From an uncultured Opitutaceae bacterium (GTDB taxonomy: Bacteria; Verrucomicrobiota; Verrucomicrobiia; Opitutales; Opitutaceae): DNA of 64,000 bases. Positions 18,779-29,546 of the stretch are shown here, one piece after another. The DNA is taken from assembly GCA_964419075.1 (NCBI GenBank), contig CAYQOH010000001.1, positions 22-64,021 of the forward strand, read 5' to 3'. Numbering within the stretch: the first letter of the stretch is position 1; each line of letters opens with the position of its first letter. Under the pieces are notes generated by a model, which was not told where the DNA came from, did not search any database, and saw only the letters and a program-made list of their open reading frames with translations. The position numbers and the translations under genes were made by a program.

Positions 18779-19174
18779 ATGAAACTGTCCCATCTCATCT
18801 CGCGGCGGGAGGCTCTGCTGCGGCAGACCCATTTGGCGAACATGGCCTTTGCATACCAGCAGCTTGAGACGCTGGTCGCGCGGCTCGACCAATCAAAGCT
18901 TCGCGGACTTGTATGCCTCGAGCCGCGAGACCCCGCTGCTGATCGCTATTGGCCGGTGTTGGCGGCGCTGGAGGGCAATCAATCCGTGATCGAGGAGCAT
19001 TTCACCGACGGACACGTTGCCGATCTGGCGGACGTATTGGCCTTCAATACGGGCTGCGACGACGCCGTGATGAGTTTCAGATTGGAGGAGATAGGGGAGA
19101 AGTTCCTTGTGCCCCTTCGCGGCGAACTCCTTAAGGCTGGCGTGCAATTGGACCCTGGACCTCGCCCGAGATAA
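18779..19174 (+). CDS. hypothetical protein
   Basis: The ATG at 18779 is preceded by a strong Shine-Dalgarno sequence (AAGGGAGG at 18764-18771). No family recognised. Confidence 0.5.
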   Translation: MKLSHLISRREALLRQTHLANMAFAYQQLETLVARLDQSKLRGLVCLEPRDPAADRYWPVLAALEGNQSVIEEHFTDGHVADLADVLAFNTGCDDAVMSFRLEEIGEKFLVPLRGELLKAGVQLDPGPRPR

Positions 19175-19283
19175 GGGTCCAAACGAGGCGACTCACCCTA
19201 AGGGTGGCCGAAGCGATGGCCTCGCCCGAAGGGCCCGAGTATTCCTGCCGGGCGGGGCTTCCTCGACAAGCCCGCTCCTGCGC

Positions 19284-21395
19284 TCACCTGTCGGGAGAAG
19301 CGCCCCGGGGCTGACCGCCGCCCAAATCCGCGCGTTTCCTCTGAAGGGCGGTTCCCAGATTGCGTCGCGCCTCGGGGTAGTCGGGCCTGATCTCAAGGGC
19401 CCTTTGAAAGTGGGCGATGGCAGGGTCAAGCTGCCCCTTTTGAAGAAGGGCAAAGGCAAGGTTGTTGTGGGTGACGGCCGAATTCGGGTCCAAGCTTAGG
19501 GCCTTCTCATACCGGGCGATCGCCTCATCGAGGCGGCCTTGCTGCAGGCGGACGTTGCCGAGGTTGATCAGGGCCGTGGAGAAGTCCGGGTTTATGTCGA
19601 GGGCCCGTTGGAGCCGGGCGGCGGCCTGCTCCAACTGCCCCTTTTGTGCGAGAGCGATGCCGAGGTCGGCGAGCGTCGCACAATTCCCGGGATCGACCGC
19701 CAGGGCTTCGTTGAATTGAGTCACGGCTTCATCGATCCGGCCCTCCTGAAGATAGGCGGTGCCTAGACTTGCCCGCGCCTTGGCGAAGGAGGGCCTCGCC
19801 TCCAGGGCCTTTTGAAGGTGGGGGATGGCCTCCCGGATCCGTCCGAGCTGAAGCAACGCGGCGCCGAGATCGGTCTGCGTCGAGAGGTTGAGGGGATCTA
19901 GTTCGAGGGCCCTGCCGTAGTGGGCGAGCCCCTCCTCGGTCCGGCCCTGGCGCAGCAGCGCATCGGCCAGGTTTTCATGGGCCGAGGAATTGTTAGGCTC
20001 GAGATCGAGGGACGTTCGAAATTGCCTCACGGCCTCGTCGACCCGGCCGTCGTGCATCAGCTCCGCGCCAAGGTTGTTGTGGGCCATCCAGGCGCCGGGG
20101 TTATCCGCAACGGTGCTTCGCCACAGCGCCTCCGAGTCATGGTATTTCGGGCATTCCCTGGCGGTCAGCACGGCGAGCGCCGACAGGAGCGCGCCGCAGG
20201 CGCCCGCCGCGAGGACGGGCCAACCCTTCCACGGAAGGGCAAAGGCGCTTGCAATCGCGGCGCCCGCCAGGGCCAGCGGCCCGATGCCGGCCAGGTATTG
20301 GAAGTGATCGCCGACAAAGGAATAGCGCCAGAAGTACTGGTCGACGAGCCCCATGACCGGGAGCAGCGCCACCAGGTAGTAGGCAAAGCAGAAGAAGACG
20401 GGCCTGAGCCGCCCGTTGCGGTTCCACCACAGGAGAGCGAACACGGCGCACACCGCCGCCAAGGGGAGGTACGATGACGCGTGCGTCCCGTCGACGCGCC
20501 AGCGCGGGTAGATGAAGACAAGCGGGCTTGGCCAGAGGAGCTTGCCGATGTAGAACCAGACCACGTTGCCGGCGACCGCGATTCGTTCGGGCAGGGCGCG
20601 GGACCACATTGGATCGTTGGCCCCTTCAAGGTGCTGCGTCCACACCGACAGGGCGCTCGAGGCCATGGACATGAGAAAGACCGGCGAAAGGGCTAGGAGG
20701 TGGCGCCACCTCAGGCGCCCGGTCATCCACCAGGCGCAGGCGCACAGCGCCACGGGAAGGACGACAGCGGAGGACTTGCTGGCCATGGCCATCGCCGCGC
20801 TGACGAGCGCCAACGCGTAGCTCCACGGCCGCGAGCCCGAGGCCTCATCCCCCCCGGCCGAAAGCCACCGGACAAAGAAGAGGACGGCCAGCAGGTAGAA
20901 CAGGCACGATTGGGTGTTCTTGAGCTCGGTGATCCAAGCCACTGTCTCCGCCTGCACGGGGTGGAGCGCCCAGAGGGCGGCGCCCACCCAGGCGCCGCGG
21001 ACGCGCAGGCTCCCCAGCACCCGCCAGAGAAGGACCGCGCAGGCACCGTGCATGAGGACGTTGACGGCATGGTAGGGAAGCGGGTTGAGGCCCCAGAAGG
21101 CGTGCTCGAGCCAGAAGGTGGTCAGCGTCAGCGGGAAATACCGCGCCGCGCGGCTGGTCCAGATGTCCGACAGGCCCAGCGGCCCGATGATGGCGGGATT
21201 CTGGGTCACGTGCATCTCGTCGTCCCAGATGAAGCCCGCGTGGCGCACGCGCGCGTAGGTGATGAGCGTCACGGCCAGCAGCGCCAGCCCGGGCAGCCAT
21301 GGCCCTGTCCAGGACGGGGCGCCCGGAGCAGGCCCGGCGGCAGGATGTGCCGGCGCCGCGCCGAGATCGGCTTCCCTCTTTGGACTTCGACTCAT
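19284..21395 (-). CDS. TMTC/PMT_2-like multi-pass membrane domain fused to C-terminal TPR repeats
   Basis: The N-terminal half is polytopic with FIWDDEMHVTQNP and HAVNVLMHG motifs seen in TMTC-like O-mannosyltransferase-type proteins. The C-terminal half has about 9 TPR units (AxxxxxxALxxxP repeats). I start it at the ATG at 21395 because the open frame upstream overlaps the preceding gene. Confidence 0.75.
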   Translation of the reverse strand: MSRSPKREADLGAAPAHPAAGPAPGAPSWTGPWLPGLALLAVTLITYARVRHAGFIWDDEMHVTQNPAIIGPLGLSDIWTSRAARYFPLTLTTFWLEHAFWGLNPLPYHAVNVLMHGACAVLLWRVLGSLRVRGAWVGAALWALHPVQAETVAWITELKNTQSCLFYLLAVLFFVRWLSAGGDEASGSRPWSYALALVSAAMAMASKSSAVVLPVALCACAWWMTGRLRWRHLLALSPVFLMSMASSALSVWTQHLEGANDPMWSRALPERIAVAGNVVWFYIGKLLWPSPLVFIYPRWRVDGTHASSYLPLAAVCAVFALLWWNRNGRLRPVFFCFAYYLVALLPVMGLVDQYFWRYSFVGDHFQYLAGIGPLALAGAAIASAFALPWKGWPVLAAGACGALLSALAVLTARECPKYHDSEALWRSTVADNPGAWMAHNNLGAELMHDGRVDEAVRQFRTSLDLEPNNSSAHENLADALLRQGRTEEGLAHYGRALELDPLNLSTQTDLGAALLQLGRIREAIPHLQKALEARPSFAKARASLGTAYLQEGRIDEAVTQFNEALAVDPGNCATLADLGIALAQKGQLEQAAARLQRALDINPDFSTALINLGNVRLQQGRLDEAIARYEKALSLDPNSAVTHNNLAFALLQKGQLDPAIAHFQRALEIRPDYPEARRNLGTALQRKRADLGGGQPRGASPDR

Positions 21396-21474
21396 TCGGA
21401 TCCCGGTTGTTGCGACCCGCACAATATGCGATCGGAGGGGGGCTGCACGTTCCTTTGTCTGGAAGGGCGCCGCG

Positions 21475-23244
21475 TCATCGCGTCGTGCGGCGGAAAAGGT
21501 CGAAGAAGCTATGCGGATCAAGGACCTCGATCTGGGTCCCGGGCAGCTGTGAGCGCACGAGGTCAAGGGCGGCGGCGACCGTGGAGGGCCGCGTCCACAC
21601 GATCCTAAACAGGTAGAGGCCAGGCGCCTTCGCGCCGCGGACCTGGATGGCGCGGGCCATGCGCTCCGCGGTCTTTTGGGCGTCCGCGGGCTCCCCGGCA
21701 TCGTTGATCAGCTCCGTGACGGGCATGCCCTTCCAAACGTGGGGAACGGGCGGCTTTCCGCCACGGTTGTGAAAGTCGTAGATGATCGTCCCCATGCCCG
21801 CAGGCGCGAACTCCAGGAATGCGTCCTTCACGTCGGCGGACGGCTGGTCAAAGTCGAGGACCATAGGCGCAATTTCCATGTCCGCCTCCCTGAAGAACCT
21901 TTGGTTGTGGCGGATGAACAGAGGAAGGTCTTCGCGGGGCAGGCGGTTCGGGTTCGTGTAACCGGCCGCGCTCGCGTCGGCCGTGAACGTGTCCTGGCCG
22001 GACGCGGTCGAGTAGGCGTAGGCAATGATGTCCGGGTAGGTCTCGAGCAGGCTCGGGTTGATGCCCCACGCGAGCGGGAGCGAGCCGCGCCCCGGGTCCT
22101 CCCAGTTGTCGGGGAAGAAATCGTAGAGCGGCGTCGACGAGTCGTAGTCCGCCATGAGGATGCACAGGTAGGCCCTCCTCTCCAGTGCGACCCTTCGCGT
22201 CGCCGGGTGCTGCCTGAGCGCAAGCCTCGGTGCCTGGCTGTGGAGCGACTGGTTGAAGCAGTCGCTCGTGACCGTGTTCTGGTAGCAGCCGAAGGGCGTG
22301 ATGAGCCACACCGTCTCCCATTCGGTGGGCACGGGCTCGTGGGCGCTCCGGTTCCCGCCAACGTTGCTGTACTTGTTGAAGACAAAGAACCCGGCCAACT
22401 CCGTGGCCTGGCGTCCCGCCGCGTTGCGCCGCGCCGCCGCCAGGATCATGCGGTAGGTCTCGCAGTCCAGCCCGGGCCGCTGGCCCGCGTCGTCCGCCGG
22501 CGCCTCGTCGGACCAGGGCGAAAGGTCGAAGACAAAGGAGCGGTTGTAGACCGCCCAGTCTCGCGTCACCGCGTAGCCCAGGTCCCCCCGCGCGCGCGCG
22601 CTGAAGGCGTCCTCGTATAGGCACAACCGGTGCGCCGAGCACCGGCCCGTCTCGAGGTATTCGCGCAGGGCCCAGCGGTAGGCGTCGTTCTTGCGGCTTC
22701 CCGTCTCCGCGCCGCTGAACCGGCCGCGGAGGTCCAAGAGGACGCGCAGGTGCAGCCTCTGGGCCAGCTCCGGGCTGAGGGCGACCGCGTCCTCGACGCC
22801 CGCCGCGGTGGTCGCAACGTTGATCGTGGCGGGAACCCCAGGGTCCCAGACCACCGCACCCTTCAGGCGTGGGCCCGCGAGGCGCACGAGCGACTCGATG
22901 TCCGGCATCGCCTGGAACCGCCTACCCTCAAGCCAGCGGCCGCCTCTCGAGAACAGGTCGAGCCAGTAGCCCGGCCTTCGGTCCTTCTGGGACAGCACGT
23001 AGACACGGGGGCCGTCCCGGTTGACGACGCCCTGGAGGCAGGCGACGGCTACGGCCTCGTCGTAGGCCTGGGCGGAGCCGTCGGAGCCCAGGGTGTAGGT
23101 GTACAGCGGGTCTGCGCCGGCGCGGGCGGGCGCGGCGCACCACAGCGCCAGAGCGGCCGCAAGGGGAATAAAGCCGAAGCGGGGGCCGTGTCGGACGGGG
23201 GGGTGAAGGAGGTCCATCGAGATGGGTTGGTTCGGCTGCTCCAT
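21475..23244 (-). CDS. GxGYxYP-family putative glycoside hydrolase, secreted
   Basis: 589 aa with a signal-like N terminus. The overall pattern and the AAGYTNP motif resemble the GxGYxYP N/C domain family, recalled from memory. Confidence 0.5.
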   Translation of the reverse strand: MEQPNQPISMDLLHPPVRHGPRFGFIPLAAALALWCAAPARAGADPLYTYTLGSDGSAQAYDEAVAVACLQGVVNRDGPRVYVLSQKDRRPGYWLDLFSRGGRWLEGRRFQAMPDIESLVRLAGPRLKGAVVWDPGVPATINVATTAAGVEDAVALSPELAQRLHLRVLLDLRGRFSGAETGSRKNDAYRWALREYLETGRCSAHRLCLYEDAFSARARGDLGYAVTRDWAVYNRSFVFDLSPWSDEAPADDAGQRPGLDCETYRMILAAARRNAAGRQATELAGFFVFNKYSNVGGNRSAHEPVPTEWETVWLITPFGCYQNTVTSDCFNQSLHSQAPRLALRQHPATRRVALERRAYLCILMADYDSSTPLYDFFPDNWEDPGRGSLPLAWGINPSLLETYPDIIAYAYSTASGQDTFTADASAAGYTNPNRLPREDLPLFIRHNQRFFREADMEIAPMVLDFDQPSADVKDAFLEFAPAGMGTIIYDFHNRGGKPPVPHVWKGMPVTELINDAGEPADAQKTAERMARAIQVRGAKAPGLYLFRIVWTRPSTVAAALDLVRSQLPGTQIEVLDPHSFFDLFRRTTR

Positions 23245-23262
23245 CCCTTACTGGGGCCCCGC

Positions 23263-24975
23263 TCAACGGATCTCAAGGATCCGTCTCTGACCGGGCCCGA
23301 GCGCGTAGACGGGCAACCTGAGGCTGCCGTCCGCTTGCGCGTCCGCGGGCGCAGCCGATTGGGTCCGTGCATCGGGATTGAGTGTGTCCACGGTCGCCGC
23401 GTGACGGATGTTCACCTGGGGCCTTCCGGACCTCGGTTCCCGTGACGGATTGGAGAGGTACACGAAGGTCGTGGATCCGCACCGCACCGCGAGGCAGGTC
23501 AGGCCCTGGGCCGAGCAGGGTACTTCCGCGAACGCGCCGTCGCCCGCCTTCAGCATCCGGTCGCTCACTTCGCGAATCTGGGCCAGCGCGCCGGTCATGC
23601 CCCTTTCGTCAAAGAACTCCCACCACCAGCTCATCGGCATGACCGGGGTGGGGGAGAACAGGCCCAGCCAGGCGCCCTCCTTGAAGTCGTTGTCCATGTC
23701 CCATGCGAACGCATTGAAATCCTTGCTCCAGTCCCACTCAAAACCGAACTCGCCCACCACGCAGGGCTTGCCCTCGGCCTGCACGGACTGCCGAATCGCG
23801 GACGCAATCGTGCCGGTGCGCCTGTAGATGTGGAGCTGGTTGAAGTCGAAGGCCTCAATCTGGTTAAGGCCCTCGACGGGCCGGTGCGAGGTGCTGGTGG
23901 TGATGAGATGGCCGTACGGATCGAGGCCCTTGAGGTACGCGCCCATCTCCCGGTGCCATGCGGTCACGTCGGCGTCGGGTATGCGGTTCGGCTTCTGGCC
24001 GTACATGGCGTTGTCGACCTCGTTGAAGAACTCCCAGGCGGCGAGGTGCGTGCTGTAGCCCCAGCGAGCGACCACGTAGCGGAGGCGGTTCTTGAACTGA
24101 GCCTTCGCCGCCGCGTTCGTGAAGAAGTCCCCGGGCTCCGCGCAGGGCCCGCCGTTGAGCAGGTTGTAGTTGCTGCTGTCCCAGCCCGCGCCGAGAAGCG
24201 CGACATGGGACTCCAGCGTCAGCATCGCGTAGACGTCGGCCGCCTCGAGGGACTCGACCAGGCGGTCCATGCGGTCGATGGCCGATGGGTTGAAATGGCC
24301 GGGGTCATCCCTGTAGCGGTCCGTGTCCCGGGAGACCTTCCGCCATTCGAGCGGAAGGTTCCACGGGCACATCCAGATCCGTGTGAATTGGCCCCCGGCG
24401 GAGGCGAGCGCGCCCAGCATGTAGTCGTAGTTGAAGCGCTGGCTCTGCTGCAGGTCCTTGAAGTGCCTCGAGTCGTCAGTCGAGCGGGACTCCCAGCACA
24501 GGTTCTCACCCAGGCCGCGGAACGGCGTCCCGTCGTCGAAACGCAGCACCCAAGGTCCCGCGGCGTGGAGGAATCCCTTTGAGGGCGAGGTTGAGACGGC
24601 AAAGGAAATGGGGGCGGTCGCCCGGCCTCCTGCCCCGTCGACGAGCTCGAACGAGCCGCGGTAGCTGCCCACCTCGCCTGGGGCATAGCGCGCAGACCAG
24701 ACGGACGGCCGGCCGCTTGAGCCCCTCACGAGGAATGCGGGCACGATGACGGTCTTTTCGGAGGGCGATCGCAGGCGCATGTCGAGCCTTACGTCCTCCG
24801 ATCGGCAGGGGTCGCTCCAGTCTGCCGTGAGGACGACCACAAAGTCCGTGCGCTCGTACCGTGACGGCGATTGCGTCAAACGGATGACGCGCTCGATGTC
24901 GGCGCTGGCACGCATGGCCGAGCTCGCCATGGCGGTGCAGCCGATCAGGATCAGGCGCGTGACGGGCAGTCTCAT
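23263..24975 (-). CDS. DUF5060 domain plus GH5-like (cellulase superfamily) glycoside hydrolase, secreted
   Basis: Signal peptide from the ATG at 24975 and an N-terminal Ig-like DUF5060-type segment. It has a TIM-barrel region with WEFFNEVDN (acid/base NE) and VVGEFGFEW (nucleophile E). Confidence 0.6.
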   Translation of the reverse strand: MRLPVTRLILIGCTAMASSAMRASADIERVIRLTQSPSRYERTDFVVVLTADWSDPCRSEDVRLDMRLRSPSEKTVIVPAFLVRGSSGRPSVWSARYAPGEVGSYRGSFELVDGAGGRATAPISFAVSTSPSKGFLHAAGPWVLRFDDGTPFRGLGENLCWESRSTDDSRHFKDLQQSQRFNYDYMLGALASAGGQFTRIWMCPWNLPLEWRKVSRDTDRYRDDPGHFNPSAIDRMDRLVESLEAADVYAMLTLESHVALLGAGWDSSNYNLLNGGPCAEPGDFFTNAAAKAQFKNRLRYVVARWGYSTHLAAWEFFNEVDNAMYGQKPNRIPDADVTAWHREMGAYLKGLDPYGHLITTSTSHRPVEGLNQIEAFDFNQLHIYRRTGTIASAIRQSVQAEGKPCVVGEFGFEWDWSKDFNAFAWDMDNDFKEGAWLGLFSPTPVMPMSWWWEFFDERGMTGALAQIREVSDRMLKAGDGAFAEVPCSAQGLTCLAVRCGSTTFVYLSNPSREPRSGRPQVNIRHAATVDTLNPDARTQSAAPADAQADGSLRLPVYALGPGQRRILEIR

Positions 24976-25094
24976 GGGGTCCTTCTTGGGAACGCCCGGC
25001 CTCGCGGCGTCGGCCGCCCGTGGATTCCAAAGGACCATGGCGCCAGCTTCCTCAATTGGGTTCGGTGCTCACGCGGGTTCGCGGTGGGGATGGG

Positions 25095-26696
25095 TCACGG
25101 CAAGCGCTCGCGGATGGGGCCGGGAATCCAAGAGGCCTTCAAGCCAAGGTCGGCAAGAAGCACTTGGGCGGCGTTGTAGCCGGGAAGGCCCGTGATGTTG
25201 CCGCCGGGATGGCTGCTCGCGCCGCATAGGTAGAGTCCGGGAATGTGGGTGCGATAGTCGCCCGCGCCGGGGAAGGGGCGGTGGTATCCTATCTGTCCAT
25301 TTGCGAAGGCGCCCACGAGGAGGTCGCCTTCCCTCATGTTCGGGAAGCTCCGCTCGACGTCGAGGGCCGATCGGGTGAACGATGATATGACCGAGTCCCT
25401 CAGGTTTGGTGCGTGCTTCTGCCAGAGGCGGAGCATCTTTCGCCCGTGTCTTTCGCGTTCCGCGTCCCAGTTGAGGGGATCGCCGCGAAGGCGATAGGGA
25501 AGCTTCTCCCACATGAACGCCGTGTGGCATCCCGCGGGTGCCTGCGAGGGGTCGAATGCGGTTGGGCAGGCGCCCCACATGACCGTTCTCGGGATCGTGC
25601 CACGCTCGTGGTGGCGGATGATCTCCGAGAACTGGTCCACGTGGTCCAGGCCCATGATGACCATGAACGCGCGATCGAGCTCCGGGTATTGGGCCGCCGC
25701 CGAGTAGAGCGGGGCCTCGCGGAGGTTCAGGTTCAGGCTGAACAGGGGGGCGATGAGGTTGTAGCGGAATTGCTCCACCTTGTGCCTAACGTCGGCGGGG
25801 ACGAAGCGATCTTCCAGCAGATCGAGAAACGTCTGGTGCGGATTGAGCGACGAAACGACGAACTTCCGTGCCCTTATCAGCTCGCCGTCGCCGGTGACGA
25901 TTCCGGCGGCTCTCCCCCCCTCCACGACGATCCGCGAGGGGTTCACCAGCGTCCTGATCTTGCCCCCGGCCTCGCGCACGGCGCCCTCGAGGGCGCGCGC
26001 GAGCGCCGCCGAGCCCCCGCGCGACATCTGCGCCTTGACCGGCGACGCCAGCAACGCCGCGATGTGGTGGCCAAAGCCCCTGGCCCGGATGTCGACCTCC
26101 CTCAGCCCGTTGAAGAAGAGGAGCCCCGCCTTTATCGTCGGGTGCTCAAATTCACGGTGCACGAACTCGAGCGGCGTCATCTCCTGGAGCTCGAGGAGCC
26201 GGCGGCCCGCGGCGGTCCGTCCCAGGATGGCCCGACGCTCATCCGGCGGGAGCGGGGGCGACGCCGCCTCCACCGAAAGAATGTCCCGGACGATGGGCAC
26301 GAACTCGTCGCGCCACCTGCGCAGGGCCGCGGCGTCGCGGGCGCTGAAGCTTTCGAAGGACTTGACGGTCTTCTCGAAGTCGGTCCACCACTCGAGCACC
26401 CGTCCATCCGGAGTAAGCAGCGCAACGTTGAGCTCCGGCTCGATGTAGCGCGCGCCCTGCCGCTCCAGCTCGAGGTCCCGGTACCAGGGCATCGCGGTGA
26501 CGGCCCTTTGGAAGAAGGCGTGGGTGTTGTGGTAGAATCCGGGATATCCGGGGTCCTCGATTGTGCTCAGTCCGCCCCCGACCACGCTCTTGCGCTCGAC
26601 GAGGAGGACGTCGAGCCCCGACTTGCAGAGGTACGCCTGAAGGACGAGGGCGTTGTGCCCCCCTCCGAGGATGATTCCGTCGTAGCCGTCGGTCAT
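25095..26696 (-). CDS. phytoene desaturase (CrtI)-like NAD(P)/FAD-dependent oxidoreductase
   Basis: N-terminal dinucleotide-binding motif YDGIILGGGHNALVLQAYLCKSGLDVLLVERKSVVGGG, with length and C-terminal motifs typical of the CrtI-like family. Confidence 0.8.
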   Translation of the reverse strand: MTDGYDGIILGGGHNALVLQAYLCKSGLDVLLVERKSVVGGGLSTIEDPGYPGFYHNTHAFFQRAVTAMPWYRDLELERQGARYIEPELNVALLTPDGRVLEWWTDFEKTVKSFESFSARDAAALRRWRDEFVPIVRDILSVEAASPPLPPDERRAILGRTAAGRRLLELQEMTPLEFVHREFEHPTIKAGLLFFNGLREVDIRARGFGHHIAALLASPVKAQMSRGGSAALARALEGAVREAGGKIRTLVNPSRIVVEGGRAAGIVTGDGELIRARKFVVSSLNPHQTFLDLLEDRFVPADVRHKVEQFRYNLIAPLFSLNLNLREAPLYSAAAQYPELDRAFMVIMGLDHVDQFSEIIRHHERGTIPRTVMWGACPTAFDPSQAPAGCHTAFMWEKLPYRLRGDPLNWDAERERHGRKMLRLWQKHAPNLRDSVISSFTRSALDVERSFPNMREGDLLVGAFANGQIGYHRPFPGAGDYRTHIPGLYLCGASSHPGGNITGLPGYNAAQVLLADLGLKASWIPGPIRERLP

Positions 26697-26982
26697 GGTC
26701 GCCTACGGCGGGGCCTGGATCTGCGACAGCCAGGCTCGTTTCCGCAGGATGCGATCACCTCTCCCGTGAACCGGGCCGGGTTTGGCTGGAAAGGCAGTGC
26801 CATGGGGAGGGGATTCATCGCGGCTTCCGCGCGCCAATTGGTAACCAAATGAGGGACAATTGCCAGCGATGAGAGGTTGAATTCCCTCATCGCCGACCGC
26901 ACCGGGCCTTCCCGTCGCGCGATTGACGAGGCGGGCAGGTCACAGCGACCTCCCGGGCCCGCTCGATCATTCCGGTCAGGCC

Positions 26983-28038
26983 TCAGGCCTTTCGCAGGAG
27001 CGTGAGGCGCCCGATCGGCAGCCACTCGGCGACCAGGATGTCGCCGTTCTGCAGGAAGATGGCCGAGTGGGGCGTGATGAACTTGCCGGGCGTGAACTCC
27101 GAGCGCGACTGGCCGCGCCGGGAGCCGACCTTCCCGTTGATGGACTGTCCGTCCCCAAGCTGGGCCACCACGCGGTAGTCCCGGTCAAGGAGGCACACCT
27201 GGCTGTCGAGGTCCGGGCACACCATCAGGTCCCCGCGCGTGTGGAAGTAGCAGGGCATCCTCATGTGTTCCTCGTCCTTGACCGTCCGCAGGTGCGTGCC
27301 CTCGAGGTCAAAGACCTGAATCCGGCGGTTCCCGCGGTCGGCCACGACGAGCACGGGTTCCGACCCGCGCGTGTCGAGCCATTGGCCGTGGGGCGTGTCG
27401 AACTCGCCGTCCGCCTTGCCCGGCCTGCCGACCTCCCCGACGAAGGCCCCTGAGGAGGAGAAGCGGAGCATGTGGGACGAGCCGTAGCCGTCCCCGACAA
27501 AGAAGTCGCCGTTCGGGGCGAACGCGACGTTCGTCGGCACGAACTTGATGGGCGCGGCGGAATACGCCGGGTCCTCCGAGGGGTAGCCGTGCTCCCAGAG
27601 CACCTCGCCCTGAAGCGTCGTCTTCACGACCTTGCACCGGTTGATGTCGCAGTGGTAGAGGTGCTCGTCATTTCCCTCGCGGCGCAGGGTGAGCCCATGG
27701 GCGCCGTTCCGGAACTCGCCGCCGAACGCGCGGACGAAGCGGCCTCGGGCGTCGTAGACGACGACCGACTCGCTGCGGGCGCTCGCGCTGTTGACGGTGT
27801 GGGCGACGTAGAGGTTGCCGGAGGCGTCCTGGCAGAGGCCGTGCGTGTCGCCCCAGGCGAGGCCCTCGGGGGGAAGGAGCCAGTCGTGGACGCACTCGTA
27901 CGTGTGCTCTCCGGAACCGAGAACGGGCGGCGACGAGCCCGACTTGTCGGAGGCGCGGACGAAGAAGGTTGGAAGGGTCGATGCCGCCGAGGCGGCCAGG
28001 AACCGGGCGATGAAGGATCTGCGGGTCAGGGTATTCAT
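26983..28038 (-). CDS. NHL-repeat / six-bladed beta-propeller protein with Tat-type signal
   Basis: The N terminus TRRSFIARFLAASAAS resembles a twin-arginine signal. It has repeated blades such as FDTPHGQWLD...VLVVADRGNRRIQVFD (NHL-like). Its ATG overlaps the upstream stop as ATGA (28035-28038). Confidence 0.55.
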   Translation of the reverse strand: MNTLTRRSFIARFLAASAASTLPTFFVRASDKSGSSPPVLGSGEHTYECVHDWLLPPEGLAWGDTHGLCQDASGNLYVAHTVNSASARSESVVVYDARGRFVRAFGGEFRNGAHGLTLRREGNDEHLYHCDINRCKVVKTTLQGEVLWEHGYPSEDPAYSAAPIKFVPTNVAFAPNGDFFVGDGYGSSHMLRFSSSGAFVGEVGRPGKADGEFDTPHGQWLDTRGSEPVLVVADRGNRRIQVFDLEGTHLRTVKDEEHMRMPCYFHTRGDLMVCPDLDSQVCLLDRDYRVVAQLGDGQSINGKVGSRRGQSRSEFTPGKFITPHSAIFLQNGDILVAEWLPIGRLTLLRKA

Positions 28039-29531
28039 TTGGGTAAGGGCGACGGGGTCGTGGGGTTCGCGGATGCGGGCGGGGGGTCAATCCTCAGGGC
28101 CTCCCCGGTGTTGCCCTCGAAGTGTTCGGCATCGATCTCGCGTCCCAGCACATCGCGCTCGGCGTTCCAGCGCGAAATCTTCCGCGCGTCGACGAGCTGG
28201 CGGCCCAGCTCCTCAACGGCCGCGGGCGTGACCGCGGTCTGCCAGACGTAGAGGGAGCGCAGGCGGGGCATCCCGCGAAGGGCGGCGATCCCCGCGTCGG
28301 TGACGGCCGTCCCCCGCAGATTGAGATACGTCAGGCGGCGAAGACGGCCGAGCCGGCGGAGCCCCTCGTCGGTCACCTTGGTTCCGTCGAGGTGGAGGCG
28401 CTCGAGGCTGCGCATCGCCGCGACGGTCGCCATCCCTTTGTCCGACACGGACGTGCCGGCGACATCGAGCCACTGGACCGCGGAGGCCACGGGCGCCAGC
28501 CGGGCCAGCTCCGCGTCCCCGAACGCGCGCCCGGCCCTGCTGGCCGTCACGTCGATCCATGGTCCGTCGGGCGAAACCGACCGGACAAGGATCCCGAGCC
28601 TGCGGGCGATCTGTCGCGCCTGCTCCAGGGTCGCCGCGCGCGGGGGTGGCGCCTCTGGCTGGGGACCGCCGAGGCGCTGCCTCAGGACGTCCTCCACGGG
28701 AGGGGGTAGGTCCAGCGATGCGAGTGCGCGGTCCGGCGCGGCCCCGGATGAGGCCCACCACTCGAGCACCGCGAGCTCGTCGTCGGAGAGCTGCGGCCGG
28801 CCCCTGGGCGGCATGTGCTCCTTCTCGTCGCGCGGCAGGTCGATTCTCGACAGGAGCATTCCGCCCCCTGCGCTTCCGGGCTTCAGCACGGCCCCGTGCT
28901 TTCCGCCCTTGGACAGCGCCTCCCAGGAGTCGAGCCTGAGGCCGCCGTTGCTCTTTTCGGGGCCGTGGCAGCCCACGCATCGGTCGCGGAGGATCGGCTG
29001 CACGGCGTCCGCAAACACCGCGGCGTCGGCGAAGGTCCTGTCCCGGGGCTTCGCCGACGCCTGCCGCGGGGCGATTCCAAGGACCTTCGCGAGGGGTGCC
29101 GGCATGCGAGCCGTCAGGAAGTCACCGCCGTGGGTGATCGAACCGCCGGCATGGCCCGCGGCGGCGAGTAGCCCGAGCGAGACGGCAAGGACCGGGAGAT
29201 AGACCCGCGGAAGCCGGTGCACGGCGAGCGCCGCGAGGGCGGCGCCTGCCGCCGCGATCCCGAGCACCCTGTGGTGCGCGACGGCCGCCTGATCATAGTC
29301 CCCTGTCCGCGCGAGCATCCACCCGAGGAGCGCCGCGACGGCCGCGGCGAGGGCCCCGAGCGCGAGGACCAGGGCCCGCTGCCCCGGGCCGAGCGCGGGC
29401 AGGCGGGAGAGCCCGGGCAGCCGCGAGGCCAGCCCGACGAGCTCGAGAATGCCGAGCAGGACCAGGATCCCGATCGGTAGGTGGACCCAAAGGGGATGCA
29501 GGCGTCCAAGAAACGCGGGAAGGGTGTCCAC
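28035..29531 (-). CDS. DUF2231-like membrane anchor plus planctomycete cytochrome c (PSCyt1) domain plus leucine-rich repeats
   Basis: N-terminal TM segments (HPLWVHLPIGILVLLGILE), the heme-like motif RDRCVGCHGPEKSNGGLRLDS, and C-terminal LxxLxLxGTxVTDxG repeats. Confidence 0.7.
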   Translation of the reverse strand: MDTLPAFLGRLHPLWVHLPIGILVLLGILELVGLASRLPGLSRLPALGPGQRALVLALGALAAAVAALLGWMLARTGDYDQAAVAHHRVLGIAAAGAALAALAVHRLPRVYLPVLAVSLGLLAAAGHAGGSITHGGDFLTARMPAPLAKVLGIAPRQASAKPRDRTFADAAVFADAVQPILRDRCVGCHGPEKSNGGLRLDSWEALSKGGKHGAVLKPGSAGGGMLLSRIDLPRDEKEHMPPRGRPQLSDDELAVLEWWASSGAAPDRALASLDLPPPVEDVLRQRLGGPQPEAPPPRAATLEQARQIARRLGILVRSVSPDGPWIDVTASRAGRAFGDAELARLAPVASAVQWLDVAGTSVSDKGMATVAAMRSLERLHLDGTKVTDEGLRRLGRLRRLTYLNLRGTAVTDAGIAALRGMPRLRSLYVWQTAVTPAAVEELGRQLVDARKISRWNAERDVLGREIDAEHFEGNTGEALRIDPPPASANPTTPSPLPK

Positions 29532-29546
29532 GGGCGTGGGGGCCGT